This document shows, piece after piece, positions 37,357 to 48,451 of a stretch of 64,000 bases of DNA; within the stretch, counting starts at the first letter, position 1; each line of letters starts with the position of its first letter. The notes beneath the pieces were generated by a model, which saw only the letters and a list, made by a program, of their open reading frames with translations, searched no databases and was not told the origin of the DNA. A program made the position numbers and the translations under genes. The stretch is taken from the NCBI GenBank assembly GCA_963760615.1, contig CAVXDX010000003.1, positions 64,001-128,000 on the forward strand, given 5' to 3'. This DNA comes from an uncultured Candidatus Micrarchaeota archaeon. Lineage in GTDB: Archaea > Micrarchaeota > Micrarchaeia > Burarchaeales > Fermentimicrarchaeaceae.

Positions 37357-39147
37357 CTAAATCTTGGCTATTGCCCATAGCGCAAATAGTGCGGCGCCAA
37401 GGAAGAGGAGAGGCGCAACTACCCTCATAACGGCAACTATGGAGTTGACAGTCCCTATGAGCTGTTGTGACTGACTCACCCCAAAGACTCTAACTCCCTC
37501 AACCTTCTCAACCCGCATATCCGCCTCAACGCTTTCAAGGTTCTTCCCTGCCCTGGAGATGCACTGGCACGCCCTTCTGACAATCTCCTCGCTTTTGATT
37601 CTGCCAATCGGGTTTATAACACCGCTGACGGTATTTGCGCTGTGCGAATCGGTTGTCATTACCTCGCATCCAACTCCCATCTCCTTCGCTGAATTTATTA
37701 TCTCTTTTCTAACGCTTGGCAATATGCTGTTGCCGTCGAAGAGTACGAATGCGAATTTCTCCCCATCAAGCTCAAAGAGAGCAACCTTCATACCGTCTCT
37801 GCCAACCGCTGCCTCCTTTCCCAAGTCTATCAAGGAATCTGCTGCTACCCCCAACCTAACAGGTCTATCCTTTCCCCTTTTTTCAACTGCCTTCCCAACA
37901 GCATCCATATATTCAAAGCTCAGTGGGTCGCCTGCTTCAACTCTGGTTATCTCTCCGGTTTCAGCATTATGGGCATCTGCAACCATCGCCTCCTCAAGAC
38001 CGCTTGCCAATGCCTTGTTCCTGAAAGCCAACCCCAGGGAGAAGTCTATATCCTCAGTTGTCCTGGGTGCCCTTGTCAGAGCGATGAACCCCTTGCCATT
38101 GACAGCGAGGCTATACGCCCTGCATGTCTCGCTTTTCCCGAGGGATATGCTCCCAAGAGCTTTCTTGAAGTGCATTTCCCCAAGGGCGTCCTGCGTCTTT
38201 TTTATGAATTTCACCACTTCCTCAGATGAAGCAGGATTGAAGTCGTGCGTTGCAGTGCCATGAAACACCATAACCTCCGCGTCCGTTGCCTCCTTCACTG
38301 CATTCGACAAAAGGTAAGGGAACTCGCTGCCACCGAGATTCCCGAAAGGCCCGAAATGGACATAGGGAATTAGGAGCACGCACTTCAGCTTATTCTTCGC
38401 CTTGAAAGCCATGACACCGAGCAGGGTGTCAATCTCAACGCCAACTTCATCAAATATATCCTCAAGCTTCTTCGACCTTTCAAACCATTGCGCGAGGAAA
38501 AGACTCCCGGCCTCAATTCCAGAGACGCCAAAAGTTCTCTTCATCGGGGCATTCACAAGCCAGAACATCGCGTAGACTGCCACAAGGAAGATTGATGATG
38601 CAAAGTAAAGCTTCAGAAGAACGAGTTCCGGGGTAGCCTCTGATGCAATGGGGCCGTACGCCATGAAGAACACCATGTTGAGTGTGGGCTGCGCTATGCC
38701 AAAGAACAGCGTGCTTTTCCTTGCATTGAAAAGGATATATGCAACCGAGAACCACAGGGCGAAGACCAGTGCATTCCCAACCAGCATGACATTGAAGCTG
38801 CTCACCATGTCGAATTTATTAGTCTGAATCAACCTTGCCGCTATGTAGAAAAGGGAGTAGACCATTGCGGATACAAATGAGACGAATAGAATCTTCTTGA
38901 ATCTAACTCTCCTCTTCACTAAAAAGCATATAGCAGAGGAGAGCACTGCTGGAACTCCAATTATGAATAACCCCTCCCCTCCCCCGTGCGCTACGGAAAC
39001 CACCAAACTGCCTCCAGTAAGAAGGCTTGCTATAACACCCACAAAGAATGAGAAAAGCGCTATTGATACGAATATCCTGAATGATGAGGGAAGGCTTCCC
39101 GAGAGAAATCGCGTTAGCCCCACAGCCTTCTCAGTAGAATCCTGCAA
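37357..39147 (-). CDS. DUF2070 family membrane protein
   Basis: Multi-TM N-terminus; VHFGPFGNLGGS, HG.ATHDFNP, DAHN, TTDSH. Confidence 0.85.
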   Translation of the reverse strand: MQDSTEKAVGLTRFLSGSLPSSFRIFVSIALFSFFVGVIASLLTGGSLVVSVAHGGGEGLFIIGVPAVLSSAICFLVKRRVRFKKILFVSFVSAMVYSLFYIAARLIQTNKFDMVSSFNVMLVGNALVFALWFSVAYILFNARKSTLFFGIAQPTLNMVFFMAYGPIASEATPELVLLKLYFASSIFLVAVYAMFWLVNAPMKRTFGVSGIEAGSLFLAQWFERSKKLEDIFDEVGVEIDTLLGVMAFKAKNKLKCVLLIPYVHFGPFGNLGGSEFPYLLSNAVKEATDAEVMVFHGTATHDFNPASSEEVVKFIKKTQDALGEMHFKKALGSISLGKSETCRAYSLAVNGKGFIALTRAPRTTEDIDFSLGLAFRNKALASGLEEAMVADAHNAETGEITRVEAGDPLSFEYMDAVGKAVEKRGKDRPVRLGVAADSLIDLGKEAAVGRDGMKVALFELDGEKFAFVLFDGNSILPSVRKEIINSAKEMGVGCEVMTTDSHSANTVSGVINPIGRIKSEEIVRRACQCISRAGKNLESVEADMRVEKVEGVRVFGVSQSQQLIGTVNSIVAVMRVVAPLLFLGAALFALWAIAKI

Positions 39148-39151
39148 TGAT

Positions 39152-39376
39152 TCACCTGCTTGTCCTCGCTCTGCCGTTCCTGTGAGCGATAGTCCTGCTC
39201 CTGGTGGTCCTCTTAACTCCGCTCTCCTTTACCAGCTTGTCCAGTATGTAAACATTCGAGATGAATTCCATTGCGACTTCCCTGAAGCTCTTCTTTTTCT
39301 TCTGTGCTAGCTTCATCAACTCCAGTGTTATAAATCTCATCTCGGAGTTTATGGATGCAATCTCTTCCTCATACAT
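39152..39376 (-). CDS. Hypothetical small helical protein
   Basis: 74 aa, co-oriented and tightly packed with DUF2070; GTG-rich RBS context. Confidence 0.6.
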   Translation of the reverse strand: MYEEEIASINSEMRFITLELMKLAQKKKKSFREVAMEFISNVYILDKLVKESGVKRTTRSRTIAHRNGRARTSR

Positions 39377-39427
39377 GACTTCTCTTTCTCCGCAAAAAAA
39401 TATAAGCCTTCTCCCCCCAATCCTGTC

Positions 39428-40057
39428 ATGGAGCGTGTCTGCCCAAGATGCGGTGCTCTAAGCGGAACTAAGAAATTCTTCGGGGATTTCTGCGAGGACT
39501 GTTATCTAGACACTATAAACCTGAAATTTCCCGCTAGAATTGAAATTCAAATCTGCAAGATATGCGGAAAGGCTAGAGTCTCAAAGTGGGAGGAGCTCAA
39601 TAAGACCAATCTCGAGAATATTGTAAAGAAGAATGTTGAAGGCAATTACGACAGCTTTCATGTCTCCCATCTTGGAGGGGACCAGTATGAAGTTACATTT
39701 CTTGTAAGCAGGGGCTCCAACTATTTTGAGGTGAAGAAAAGGTTCTCACTGAAGATGAATAAATCCATCTGCGAGGACTGCTCCCGGGCGACCTCAGGAT
39801 ACTACGAGGCCATAATACAGGTTAGAGGCAGGAATGTCCAAAGATGGGCTGAAAAAATAATGAGAGAGCTGAAGGGAAGGACGTTTGTGAGCAAGTATCT
39901 GGAGCTTGATGAAGGTATTGACATATACGTGGGCTCAAAAAAGGAGGCTGCAGAAGCTCTTGGTGTCCTAAAACGCAAGCCCTCAATCTCTGACAAGCTC
40001 TACGGAGTGAAGGATGGGAGAAGAGTTTACAGAAGAACATACTGCATCAGGGTCTAA
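39428..40057 (+). CDS. nmd3: NMD3-family ribosome export/biogenesis protein
   Basis: CPRCG, CEDC, CKICG, CEDCSR..SGYYEAIIQVR, GIDIY. Confidence 0.9.
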   Translation: MERVCPRCGALSGTKKFFGDFCEDCYLDTINLKFPARIEIQICKICGKARVSKWEELNKTNLENIVKKNVEGNYDSFHVSHLGGDQYEVTFLVSRGSNYFEVKKRFSLKMNKSICEDCSRATSGYYEAIIQVRGRNVQRWAEKIMRELKGRTFVSKYLELDEGIDIYVGSKKEAAEALGVLKRKPSISDKLYGVKDGRRVYRRTYCIRV

Positions 40058-40058
40058 T

Positions 40059-40469
40059 CTACCTGACAACCTTGAACTTGAAACCGTAATGAATCAAACC
40101 CTCCTTGCCGTCCTCCTGAATCTTCCTGAAAATCATCTCAACGGGCGTTCCTATCTTCACCTCTTTGGGGTCGGAGTCTACTATCTGTGCTGTTAGTTTC
40201 GGTCCCTCCACCAGCTCTACAATTGCCATCAGATACGGAGCATCCAGCTCAAAACCAGTGGGAGGGGAGTATATGACAGTGTACGAGTGCACCTTGCCTT
40301 TTCCTGAGAACTTCACTTCTCTCATCTTGCCTTTTCTCCTGCATTTTGGGCACATCTTCCTTACTGGGAAATACCTAGTCTTGCAATTCTCGCACTCGCT
40401 CCCGATAAGCCCATATCTCTCCGGAATCCTTCTCCATGTCATTGGGAGACCTAGATTTGCTGATGACAT
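40059..40469 (-). CDS. DUF35 Zn-ribbon/OB-fold scaffold protein
   Basis: WRRIPERY.L.G..C..C...FP....CP.C; adjacent to thiolase. Confidence 0.92.
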   Translation of the reverse strand: MSSANLGLPMTWRRIPERYGLIGSECENCKTRYFPVRKMCPKCRRKGKMREVKFSGKGKVHSYTVIYSPPTGFELDAPYLMAIVELVEGPKLTAQIVDSDPKEVKIGTPVEMIFRKIQEDGKEGLIHYGFKFKVVR

Positions 40470-40477
40470 AATTTCAC

Positions 40478-41641
40478 CTAATCCGCTCTCTTCATTATAC
40501 TCACGACGCACGTGGCACCGCTGCCTCCAACATTGTGCGTCAAGCCAATCTCAGCTCCATTAACCTGTCTCCTCTTCGCATCGCCCCTCAGCTGCCAGGT
40601 TATCTCCACCACCTGTTTCACACCTGTTGCACCCACGGGATGTCCGCATCCCTTCAGGCCACCGCTGGTGTTCACAGGTATCCTCCCGTCAAGGGCAGTT
40701 TCCCCATCCTCAATTGCCCTGCCGCCCTTGCCTTTCTTGACGAAACCCAAATCCTCATAGGCAATTATCTCAGCAATGGTGAAGCAGTCATGCACTTCGC
40801 AGACGTCAATGTCATTGGGCTTCATGCCGGCCATGTTGTATGCTTTCCTTGCGGCCTCCACAGTTGCATTCAAAGTTGTAAGAGATTTTCTGTGGTGGAG
40901 CGCAAGCGTGTCGCTTGCCTGGCTGCTTGCAATTATCTCAACGGGCGTATCAGTATACTTTCTGGCTCTCTCAAGCGGGGTCAGTATTACCGCAGCCGCG
41001 CCATCGGTTATTGGGCTGCAGTCATAGAGCTTCAAAGGCGATGCAACTTTCTTGGATTTCATGACATCCCTCACGCTTATCTCATTCTGGAAGTGCGCAT
41101 AGGGGTTCTTCGAAGCATTGGAGTGGTTCTTCACAGCAACCATAGCCATCTGCTCCTCTGTTGTGCCGAACTCGTGCATGTGCCTCCTGGCCATGAAAGC
41201 ATATAACGCAGGGAATGTTGCTCCCATGAAGAGCTCCCATTCCTGGTCCCCAGCTCCTCCAAGGGCGACTGTTGCATCTCCTACGGGCACATCCGTCATC
41301 TTCTCAACTCCCCCGACAACTACAATGTCGTGCAGCCCGCTTCCTACAGCCAGATACCCTGTTCTCAGGGCAACTCCACCTGATGCGCATGCAGCCTCCA
41401 CTCTTGTTGCGGGAATTGGGTTTAACCCCATGTAGTCAGCAATGAGCGCAGTTATGTGCTCCTGCCCTATGAGTCTGCCGGCAGCCATCGTTCCCCCGTA
41501 TATGGCATCTATCTCCTTGCCGGACATGTTGGCATCTTCTATTGCCTTCACTCCTGCCTCGGCTATGAGGTCCCTGAAGCCTCTCTCCCAATCCTCTCCA
41601 AACTTGGTCATTGCCGCTCCAACTATTGCAACCCTTCTCAT
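40478..41641 (-). CDS. Acetoacetyl-CoA thiolase (archaeal type)
   Basis: [44 protein letters not shown]. Confidence 0.95.
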   Translation of the reverse strand: MRRVAIVGAAMTKFGEDWERGFRDLIAEAGVKAIEDANMSGKEIDAIYGGTMAAGRLIGQEHITALIADYMGLNPIPATRVEAACASGGVALRTGYLAVGSGLHDIVVVGGVEKMTDVPVGDATVALGGAGDQEWELFMGATFPALYAFMARRHMHEFGTTEEQMAMVAVKNHSNASKNPYAHFQNEISVRDVMKSKKVASPLKLYDCSPITDGAAAVILTPLERARKYTDTPVEIIASSQASDTLALHHRKSLTTLNATVEAARKAYNMAGMKPNDIDVCEVHDCFTIAEIIAYEDLGFVKKGKGGRAIEDGETALDGRIPVNTSGGLKGCGHPVGATGVKQVVEITWQLRGDAKRRQVNGAEIGLTHNVGGSGATCVVSIMKRAD

Positions 41642-41650
41642 GTCATCTAC

Positions 41651-42697
41651 CTACAATGTTTTTAGCTTCCTCCTCTGCTTGACGTAAAGGCCATAATCAA
41701 GATACTCCTTCTCTCCTATGTACTGGAAGACCGTCCTGTTCTTCCCCCTCATCTCAAGAATCTTGTCAGTTACGACTATGCTGAATGAGTCACTACCGGC
41801 GCCGCTGCCAAAAGAAGTTAGAAGTATTCTGCTCCCAGGCTTAGCCACATCAAGAACAGATGCGAACCCTATGAGCGATGCAGCGGAGTAGGTGTTGCCT
41901 ATCAATGGGGTCAGCAGCCCCTGCTTCACCTTGCTTGGGTCTATTCCAAGCATCTTGGCAACCTGAAGCGGGAATTTACCGTTTGGCTGGTGGAATACCG
42001 CATAATCAAAGTCCTCAGCCTTCAAACTCAGCTTCTCCATCAGCTCCTTTGATGCGCTGACAGTATGCTTGAAATATGCCGGCTCTCCTGTGAACCTCCC
42101 TCCATGGCTCGGGAAATCCATCCCCGGCCTCCTCCAGAAGTCTGGCGTATCAGTAGTATAAGAGCACGTCCCTTCTATCTCTGCTATTATCTTATCCCTG
42201 CCAATGACGAATGCAGCGGCTCCTGCTCCTGCGCTGTACTCCAGAGCATCGCCAGGTCTTCCCTGGGAGATATCTGTTCCCACACCAAGCCCGTACTCAA
42301 TCATGCCCGAGCTGCACATTCCCATGCAGCACTGAATTGCCGTTGTACCCGCCTTGCAGGCGAACTGCATGTCAACCGCAGTGAGGTGTGGTGTCGAGCC
42401 AACTGCCTCTGCAACAATTGTCGCCGTTGGCTTGACTGCATAGGGATGTGACTCAGAGCCGATGAATATTGCCTTTATCCTCTTTGGGTCGATGCCACAA
42501 CGTCGTATGGCATTCCTGCTTGCCTCAACAGCCAGTGTGGCGGCATCCTCATCCATCCCCGGGACACTCTTCTCTATTATTCCCAGTCCATCCGCCCCTC
42601 CCTCCTCCCCCCATACCCTTGCTATCTCCGTAGCCTTAATTCTGTAGCGCGGTATGTGAACTCCGTAGCCTACTATACCAATCATATTCTCCCTCAA
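41651..42697 (-). CDS. Hydroxymethylglutaryl-CoA synthase (archaeal)
   Basis: [40 protein letters not shown]. Confidence 0.95.
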   Translation of the reverse strand: MRENMIGIVGYGVHIPRYRIKATEIARVWGEEGGADGLGIIEKSVPGMDEDAATLAVEASRNAIRRCGIDPKRIKAIFIGSESHPYAVKPTATIVAEAVGSTPHLTAVDMQFACKAGTTAIQCCMGMCSSGMIEYGLGVGTDISQGRPGDALEYSAGAGAAAFVIGRDKIIAEIEGTCSYTTDTPDFWRRPGMDFPSHGGRFTGEPAYFKHTVSASKELMEKLSLKAEDFDYAVFHQPNGKFPLQVAKMLGIDPSKVKQGLLTPLIGNTYSAASLIGFASVLDVAKPGSRILLTSFGSGAGSDSFSIVVTDKILEMRGKNRTVFQYIGEKEYLDYGLYVKQRRKLKTL

Positions 42698-43374
42698 AGC
42701 TTCTTCAGCCTATCAAGCAGGTCGTTTATTCCGAGCTTTGTGGTAACTATAGGAACCCTCTCCTTCTGCGCTATCTTGAGCGCAAGCTTGTCCACGCTGT
42801 CAATCCTGTGAAGCACCACAAGGCTTGGCTTCATCTGACTGACTCTTACTACCACCATGGGGGACCTGCCTGTGCTGACCTTGGTGAAAATGAACGCCCT
42901 CTCGGGGCTTGCCCCGAAAAGCTTTGGAAACTCGCTGTAGGGCATCTCAACTATGACCTTTATGCTGTCAAGCAAAGTAAAGCCGTACAGCTTCTTCTCA
43001 GGCAGCACGTCCTCATTTACAACTGCCTTTCCTTCTATTATCTTTGTGAAGCTGTCAGCCGTTATGCTTGTTGCAAACTCATGCGTCTCGTAGAAAATCC
43101 CGCCTTCCGTATCCTCCCTGAACCGCTGGGAGATTTGTCCACCCCTTACAGAATCAATGTCAATGAGCGCATCAACTAACCTCTTTATCACCTTTATGCC
43201 TGGTGAATCCCTTCTGTCCCCCTCATAATCGCTTATTGTTGAAGCTGATATCTTGAGGTGCTTGCCAAGCTCGGCCTGCGTTATCTCGAATATCTCTCTC
43301 CACTTCTTCATTGTCTTTCCAGGAGTATCCGAGAGTGTTATCTCCCCGGCCATCTTCACTGCGAACTTTTCCAT
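42694..43374 (-). CDS. HTH transcriptional regulator (COG1709-like)
   Basis: [36 protein letters not shown]; conserved neighbour of HMG-CoA synthase. Confidence 0.88.
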   Translation of the reverse strand: MEKFAVKMAGEITLSDTPGKTMKKWREIFEITQAELGKHLKISASTISDYEGDRRDSPGIKVIKRLVDALIDIDSVRGGQISQRFREDTEGGIFYETHEFATSITADSFTKIIEGKAVVNEDVLPEKKLYGFTLLDSIKVIVEMPYSEFPKLFGASPERAFIFTKVSTGRSPMVVVRVSQMKPSLVVLHRIDSVDKLALKIAQKERVPIVTTKLGINDLLDRLKKL

Positions 43375-43476
43375 ACCTAAGAATTAGGGGAAATAAGTTA
43401 TTTAAGCTTATCGAACATATGTTCGTTAGATAACGTTATAATCAGGTTTTTATACTGAGATTTGCATAAATAAAGC

Positions 43477-44391
43477 ATGCTGAAAGAGTCCGCCAAAAAT
43501 GATGCCGCGCAGAGCAAACCCGAGATTCGGGAAGAGGAGTGGAACTTTACTAGAAAGGGAGACGCAATAGCACTCATAGAGAAACGCCTGAAAGCAGACA
43601 ACAAAGAACCCTACTCCTTGTCCATCTACCTGCCGAACGAAAAAATTCAGATGTTTGGCTATAAAAAGGTTGCAACTATTTGGTCAATGCCTGGTTTTAT
43701 AGTCCACGTATGCAATGACAAAAGCGAGTCTAGCGTTGAATATACCTTTGGAATAGACATATGCAAAAAACTTGGCGGGTCAGGTTTCAGTGAATCTCTC
43801 ATAGAAGATATGCTTACAAAGAATGCTGAAAAGCTTCATGGTGATTCTAAATTTGATGCAATTGCAGTTGTAGCCACAGTCATGAACAAGCTAGAAATCC
43901 ACCTAAATGCGCCGCTCTCGAAGATGATGGATACAACTTTAGTGTTTGGGTCAGCAAGAGAGTTCAAGGAGCAGCTTCATGCAATACTGGAGCTTGAAAA
44001 ATTTGAGGGGAAAGGAATTTTACCTAAAAACGCAGTCCGTGAAGTTCTTGCAAATATACGCACAGATCAACTTGTGCTGGCATGCAGAGAGTATGAATTT
44101 GAGAAGCAGCGTATTATCGCCTCTGACTGGTTAAGGAGGGAGAGGAATATAAAAGATCAATTACGCTCTTTTCTGGATAAATGGGAGAATATCCGTAACC
44201 CTCAGCTCAAGTCTGATGAACTCAAGAAGGAGGTTGAGTATTTAGGTGCAGATATCTGCGAGCTCGGCTTACGGAGGAGGATACTCGGCTACAGCGGAGA
44301 TGAATACATGCAAATGCGGCGCTCCAACCTAGAAGAAACTCTCAGGTGTGTTAAAAAAATTGGTGAAGCTGATGAATCTAGTAAACCTTGA
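43477..44391 (+). CDS. Hypothetical protein (orphan)
   Basis: 304-aa open frame with plausible charged composition; no recognised motif. Confidence 0.65.
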   Translation: MLKESAKNDAAQSKPEIREEEWNFTRKGDAIALIEKRLKADNKEPYSLSIYLPNEKIQMFGYKKVATIWSMPGFIVHVCNDKSESSVEYTFGIDICKKLGGSGFSESLIEDMLTKNAEKLHGDSKFDAIAVVATVMNKLEIHLNAPLSKMMDTTLVFGSAREFKEQLHAILELEKFEGKGILPKNAVREVLANIRTDQLVLACREYEFEKQRIIASDWLRRERNIKDQLRSFLDKWENIRNPQLKSDELKKEVEYLGADICELGLRRRILGYSGDEYMQMRRSNLEETLRCVKKIGEADESSKP

Positions 44392-44998
44392 CAGCTGGGG
44401 CAGCTACAGCAGGGCATTTGATGAATCTTTCAAAGCAATAACTTTGGGCGGCATGATAATCTACCCAACTGATACGCTGTACGGAATCGGAGCGAATGCC
44501 ACAGACGCCAATGCCGTGAGAGCAGTTAATGAAGCAAAGAAGAGGGAGAACAAGCCTATCTCTGTGGTTGTCTCAGACTTCAGCATGATGAAAAAGTACT
44601 GCAAAGTTGAATCTGTCTCATTTGCATTGCTGCAGCAGCTTTTTCCAGGCCCGGTCACAGGTATATTCCACAAGAGATATGACTTTCCAAGCGAGATAAC
44701 CAAAACGGATACAATAGCAGTACGAATACCCTGCCACCAGTTTGCCGTTTCTCTCGTCAGAAAGCTCGACTTCCCAATAACCTCGACAAGCGCAAACTTC
44801 TCAGGAGGAAAACCCCCGAGCGCGGTTGATGAAATACCAGAGAAACTTAAGGAGGTAGCCGCTGTGGTTGTTGACGGTGGGAAATGCCACCATTGCCTGG
44901 AGTCAACCATAGTTGATTTCACCTCCGAAGTCCCAAAGATAACCAGGAAAGGAGCGAGCTTTGGGGATGTAGACGAGAGACTCAAAGAAGCAGTATAA
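44372..44998 (+). CDS. tsaC: Threonylcarbamoyl-AMP synthase (TsaC/Sua5 core)
   Basis: YPTDTLYG, K.R..KP, PGPVT, AVRIP, STSANFSG, STIVD; ATG 44372 after GGTGA. Confidence 0.93.
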   Translation: MNLVNLDSWGSYSRAFDESFKAITLGGMIIYPTDTLYGIGANATDANAVRAVNEAKKRENKPISVVVSDFSMMKKYCKVESVSFALLQQLFPGPVTGIFHKRYDFPSEITKTDTIAVRIPCHQFAVSLVRKLDFPITSTSANFSGGKPPSAVDEIPEKLKEVAAVVVDGGKCHHCLESTIVDFTSEVPKITRKGASFGDVDERLKEAV

Positions 44999-45059
44999 CA
45001 AATATAAGCTCTTATTACAACATCTTATACAAGCAATAGCTGAAGCATTGCAGTCCTAA

Positions 45060-45905
45060 GTGGTTGCCATGTCATCTCAAACAGAGGAAGTTGAAGGCGG
45101 ATACAGATTCCTTTCAGCCGTGCTGTTCCTTCTTGTAGCACTGCCTTTGGCAGGCTATGCAATTTTCCCAGATAACTACTATGCCGCATATCTCTCCTAT
45201 CCCGCCCGCATACTTCTAGTGCCAATCCACGAGTTGGGCCATACCCTACTACTAATTTTTACAGAGTTTTTCAGGCTGCCCTACAGCTACATGGATATAC
45301 CCATCAGAATGGCAGGATCCGCCTTTGAAGTTTTCGTGCCGTTCGCTTTTGTGTTCCTCTTCATCTTCGGGAGCCGAAGGTATGCACTTGCGTGCCTCAT
45401 CCTTGTTGTGGCAGGAACTGCTCTAATCGATGCCGGGGCGTATGTCAAAAGCGCTCAAAACCCATCTGGAAGCGGCTTTAATCAACTTATGGAAACTACC
45501 GCGGTGAACCCTGCGAACCACGACTGGTACAGAGTGCTGAGCAACTACAATGCTCTGGATAAGGCTGATTTACTGGGTGAGATAATAATGGGCCTTGGGT
45601 TCGTGATCACCCTCATGGGATTCTTCTCTTCAGTCTTTGAGGTGAACCTCATCCTGAACTACCGCCAGAGCTCGGATTTTATTCTGCTCCTGCTCTACGG
45701 CTCCATCCCTGCAACAATACTGTCCATTGCCTATTTCAAAATTTTCAGAGTCGTTTTTGCTATTCTGATCTTCATACCCATAATAATCCACTTCTACACA
45801 AGAATCCTTCCTAAGTTGAAGGAGGAGATGAAGGAAGTTGATGAGGAGATTGAGAAAGATGAAGAGGATGCTGCAGAATCCATTCAGAATCCCAAGGCGC
45901 AGTAA
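45060..45905 (+). CDS. Multi-pass membrane protein with HExxH motif (M50-like zinc metallopeptidase)
   Basis: PIHELGH within a TM segment; NHDW distal ligand-like motif; about seven TM helices. Confidence 0.55.
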   Translation: MVAMSSQTEEVEGGYRFLSAVLFLLVALPLAGYAIFPDNYYAAYLSYPARILLVPIHELGHTLLLIFTEFFRLPYSYMDIPIRMAGSAFEVFVPFAFVFLFIFGSRRYALACLILVVAGTALIDAGAYVKSAQNPSGSGFNQLMETTAVNPANHDWYRVLSNYNALDKADLLGEIIMGLGFVITLMGFFSSVFEVNLILNYRQSSDFILLLLYGSIPATILSIAYFKIFRVVFAILIFIPIIIHFYTRILPKLKEEMKEVDEEIEKDEEDAAESIQNPKAQ

Positions 45906-46631
45906 ATGAAGAGCAGAAAAAAACCACGGATAGCAGTCAGGATTGTGCTCGTAGAGCCCGAGTACGAGATAAACCTAGGGCATGCCGCCCGCGTTATGGC
46001 AAACTTCGGTTTTGATGAACTCTACATTGTAAACCCAAAGGTTGAGATTGGGTTCAACGCAAGGATGTTCGCAAAGCACGCCTTGCCCATTCTTCAAAAA
46101 GCAAGAGTTGTTGCAAGGCTGGAGGAGGCATTGACAGGCTGTGACTTCGTTGTTGGAACAACTGGTATAGTGGGCAGGAGCAGAAATGTAATACGCAACC
46201 CCGTAACACCTGCGAAATTTGCAAATGATGCGAGCAAGCTTAGCGGAAAGTTCGCCCTGCTCTTCGGCAGGGAGGGCACTGGCCTGAGCAGGGATGAAAT
46301 CAAGAGATGTGATTTCCTTGTAACCATACCAGCAAACGAGAATTACCCAGTTCTCAACCTCTCCCACGCGCTTGCAATTGTGCTCTACGAGCTTGCCTCA
46401 AACAAGGAGCAGGTGATGATAGCAACTGCAAGCGGGGAGGAGAAGGAGATGCTCATACGCTGCTTCAACAGCATTGTGGACAACTTCTCAAAACAGCTCA
46501 GGAGTCCCGACAAGATAAAGCAGTCCTTCAAAAGAGTGATTGGCAGGTCCCTCATATCAGATGTTGAGGCTGCCGCCATACTATGCGTGCTCCAGAGAAT
46601 AAGAAAGAAGTTAAAAATAAAAAGACTCTAA
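45906..46631 (+). CDS. trmJ: tRNA 2'-O-methyltransferase TrmJ (SPOUT)
   Basis: LVEP..E.NLG..AR.M.NF, FGREGTGL, YPVLNLSHA. Confidence 0.92.
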   Translation: MKSRKKPRIAVRIVLVEPEYEINLGHAARVMANFGFDELYIVNPKVEIGFNARMFAKHALPILQKARVVARLEEALTGCDFVVGTTGIVGRSRNVIRNPVTPAKFANDASKLSGKFALLFGREGTGLSRDEIKRCDFLVTIPANENYPVLNLSHALAIVLYELASNKEQVMIATASGEEKEMLIRCFNSIVDNFSKQLRSPDKIKQSFKRVIGRSLISDVEAAAILCVLQRIRKKLKIKRL

Positions 46632-46996
46632 GCTTTCTTCCTTGACTTGACAATCTTCACTTTTGCCGGAGTCAGAAGAATCTTGTCGTTATCTATTCTC
46701 GCTATGTCGCCGTCAATCTTCATCACGAAGCCCTTCATGCTTGAGACAATCGTCTTCAGCTTCGCTGTGTTTCTCGACATTGGAGCCACATTCAGCAATA
46801 TTATGTTCCTCTGCCTCAGCTCATTCTCAATGACCTTCACGTCCTCCTCGCTCTCAAGGGCCACTGGCTTCACGTAGAAATCGGCAGCCTCGTGCAGCAC
46901 ATCCACATTCTCGAGTTCCACGGTGTCCATGTATTCCTCAATATCCATGTCCTTGCTTATTCCCAGCGCCTTTGACAACTTCTGAAGTATCCCCAT
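46628..46996 (-). CDS. sepF: Cell division protein SepF
   Basis: IENELRQRNIILLNV, IDGDIARI, LLTPAKV. Confidence 0.88.
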   Translation of the reverse strand: MGILQKLSKALGISKDMDIEEYMDTVELENVDVLHEAADFYVKPVALESEEDVKVIENELRQRNIILLNVAPMSRNTAKLKTIVSSMKGFVMKIDGDIARIDNDKILLTPAKVKIVKSRKKA

Positions 46997-47236
46997 GTTT
47001 TCACCCCTTTCGAATGCAACAGTTTAACTTTTCATAAGGGGGTTTAAATACTTTTCTTCTCCACCTCACTCGTTAGCCTTTTAAGTAAAGGAATATCCAA
47101 ATTAAACACGCAGATTACCTAGCTAGAAAAAGCGAAGAGAATTTATCAGATAAACCTGCAAAGAAAAAAATTAAAATAAGCTGAGACGTAGTTCGTAAGC
47201 CTTAATAACCTTTTCACCTAAAACTACTATTCCTTC

Positions 47237-48451
47237 GTGGTGAACTTAATCGGTGGTTATTTGTTAAGCTCTTTCCAGGACATACTCTCGCGGAGCAGCA
47301 TCTTCAGAGACAGGAATACGCTCTCTCCGCACTACATACCATCAACACTTCCGCACAGGGAGAAGGAGATAGGCATAGTGATGTCTGCAATCTCTCCAGC
47401 GCTGAAAGGAGAGAAGCCCAGGAGTATGTTCATATACGGCAAAACAGGAACTGGGAAGACCTCCTGCGTGAAATACGTGATGGAGAGATTTGAGGAGATG
47501 AAGAGCGGCACGGCAAGAATGTGCTATGTGAACTGCAGGATATACAACACGCGCTACAGGGTCTTCCACAAGCTTATGAAGGACAGCCTTCCGGAGTTTG
47601 CCAAGACGGGATACGGCCTTTCCTTCTTCTATGAGAAGATGATTGATTTGTTAGATGCGAATGGGACCAACATGGTGATAGTGCTTGATGAGGTTGACAT
47701 GGTGAGGGATTTGGACGATTTGATATACACCCTCACAAGGGCGAATGACGATTTGAAGAAAGGCGGAATGTCAATAATCGGGATTTCAAACAAGCTTTCG
47801 TTCAAGGAGAGGCTTGACCCAAGGAGCAGGAGCACTCTCTACGAAACTGAGATAGTGTTTCCTCCCTATACTTCAAACCAGCTTAAATCCATTCTTGAGC
47901 AGAGAGTGAAGCTAGGCTTCTCCGAGGGAGCTGTTGATGATTCGGCAATAAACCTGGCATCAGCCATGGCGGCACAGGACAATGGGGATGCGCGCTATGC
48001 CCTCAAGCTCATACTGAGGGCTGCCGAGATAGTTGATGAGGAAGGCGCAGGAGTTGTATCCGAGAGGTATGTAACCGCAGCCAGAAAATCGGTTGACGAG
48101 GACGTCTCCATTGAGGCGATAAGCACACTGCCGCAGCACCAGCAGATAGTGCTTTACTCCATAGCATCTCTCTCCATGGACGGAGGGCGCTACTCCAAGC
48201 TAAACGGGAATACCGAGAACTACCTCCTATCAGGGGAAGTCTATGAAACCTACCTCAGGGATTCGAGAAATTTCAAAAAAGAAGCAAGGAGCGCCCGCTG
48301 GTACCGCGAATATCTCAATGAGCTTGAGATGCTGGGGCTGATAACCACCGTTGAATCCGGTAAGGGCATGAGAGGGCACACGAGACTTGTTAAGCTCGCC
48401 TACTCCCCAGCCAAGGTCAAGAGCATCATTGAGAAAAATATCCTGGAGTGA
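47237..48451 (+). CDS. cdc6: Orc1/Cdc6 replication initiator
   Basis: Walker A GKTGTGKT, Walker B IVLDEVD, FPPY, GDARYAL, wHTH C-terminus; true start possibly TTG 47261. Confidence 0.95.
   Translation: MVNLIGGYLLSSFQDILSRSSIFRDRNTLSPHYIPSTLPHREKEIGIVMSAISPALKGEKPRSMFIYGKTGTGKTSCVKYVMERFEEMKSGTARMCYVNCRIYNTRYRVFHKLMKDSLPEFAKTGYGLSFFYEKMIDLLDANGTNMVIVLDEVDMVRDLDDLIYTLTRANDDLKKGGMSIIGISNKLSFKERLDPRSRSTLYETEIVFPPYTSNQLKSILEQRVKLGFSEGAVDDSAINLASAMAAQDNGDARYALKLILRAAEIVDEEGAGVVSERYVTAARKSVDEDVSIEAISTLPQHQQIVLYSIASLSMDGGRYSKLNGNTENYLLSGEVYETYLRDSRNFKKEARSARWYREYLNELEMLGLITTVESGKGMRGHTRLVKLAYSPAKVKSIIEKNILE

Noticed and set aside
46997-47236. Replication origin next to cdc6
   Set aside because: AT-rich with one G-run, but I found no repeated ORB (TTCCAxTGGAAA plus G-string) elements, so it cannot be supported.
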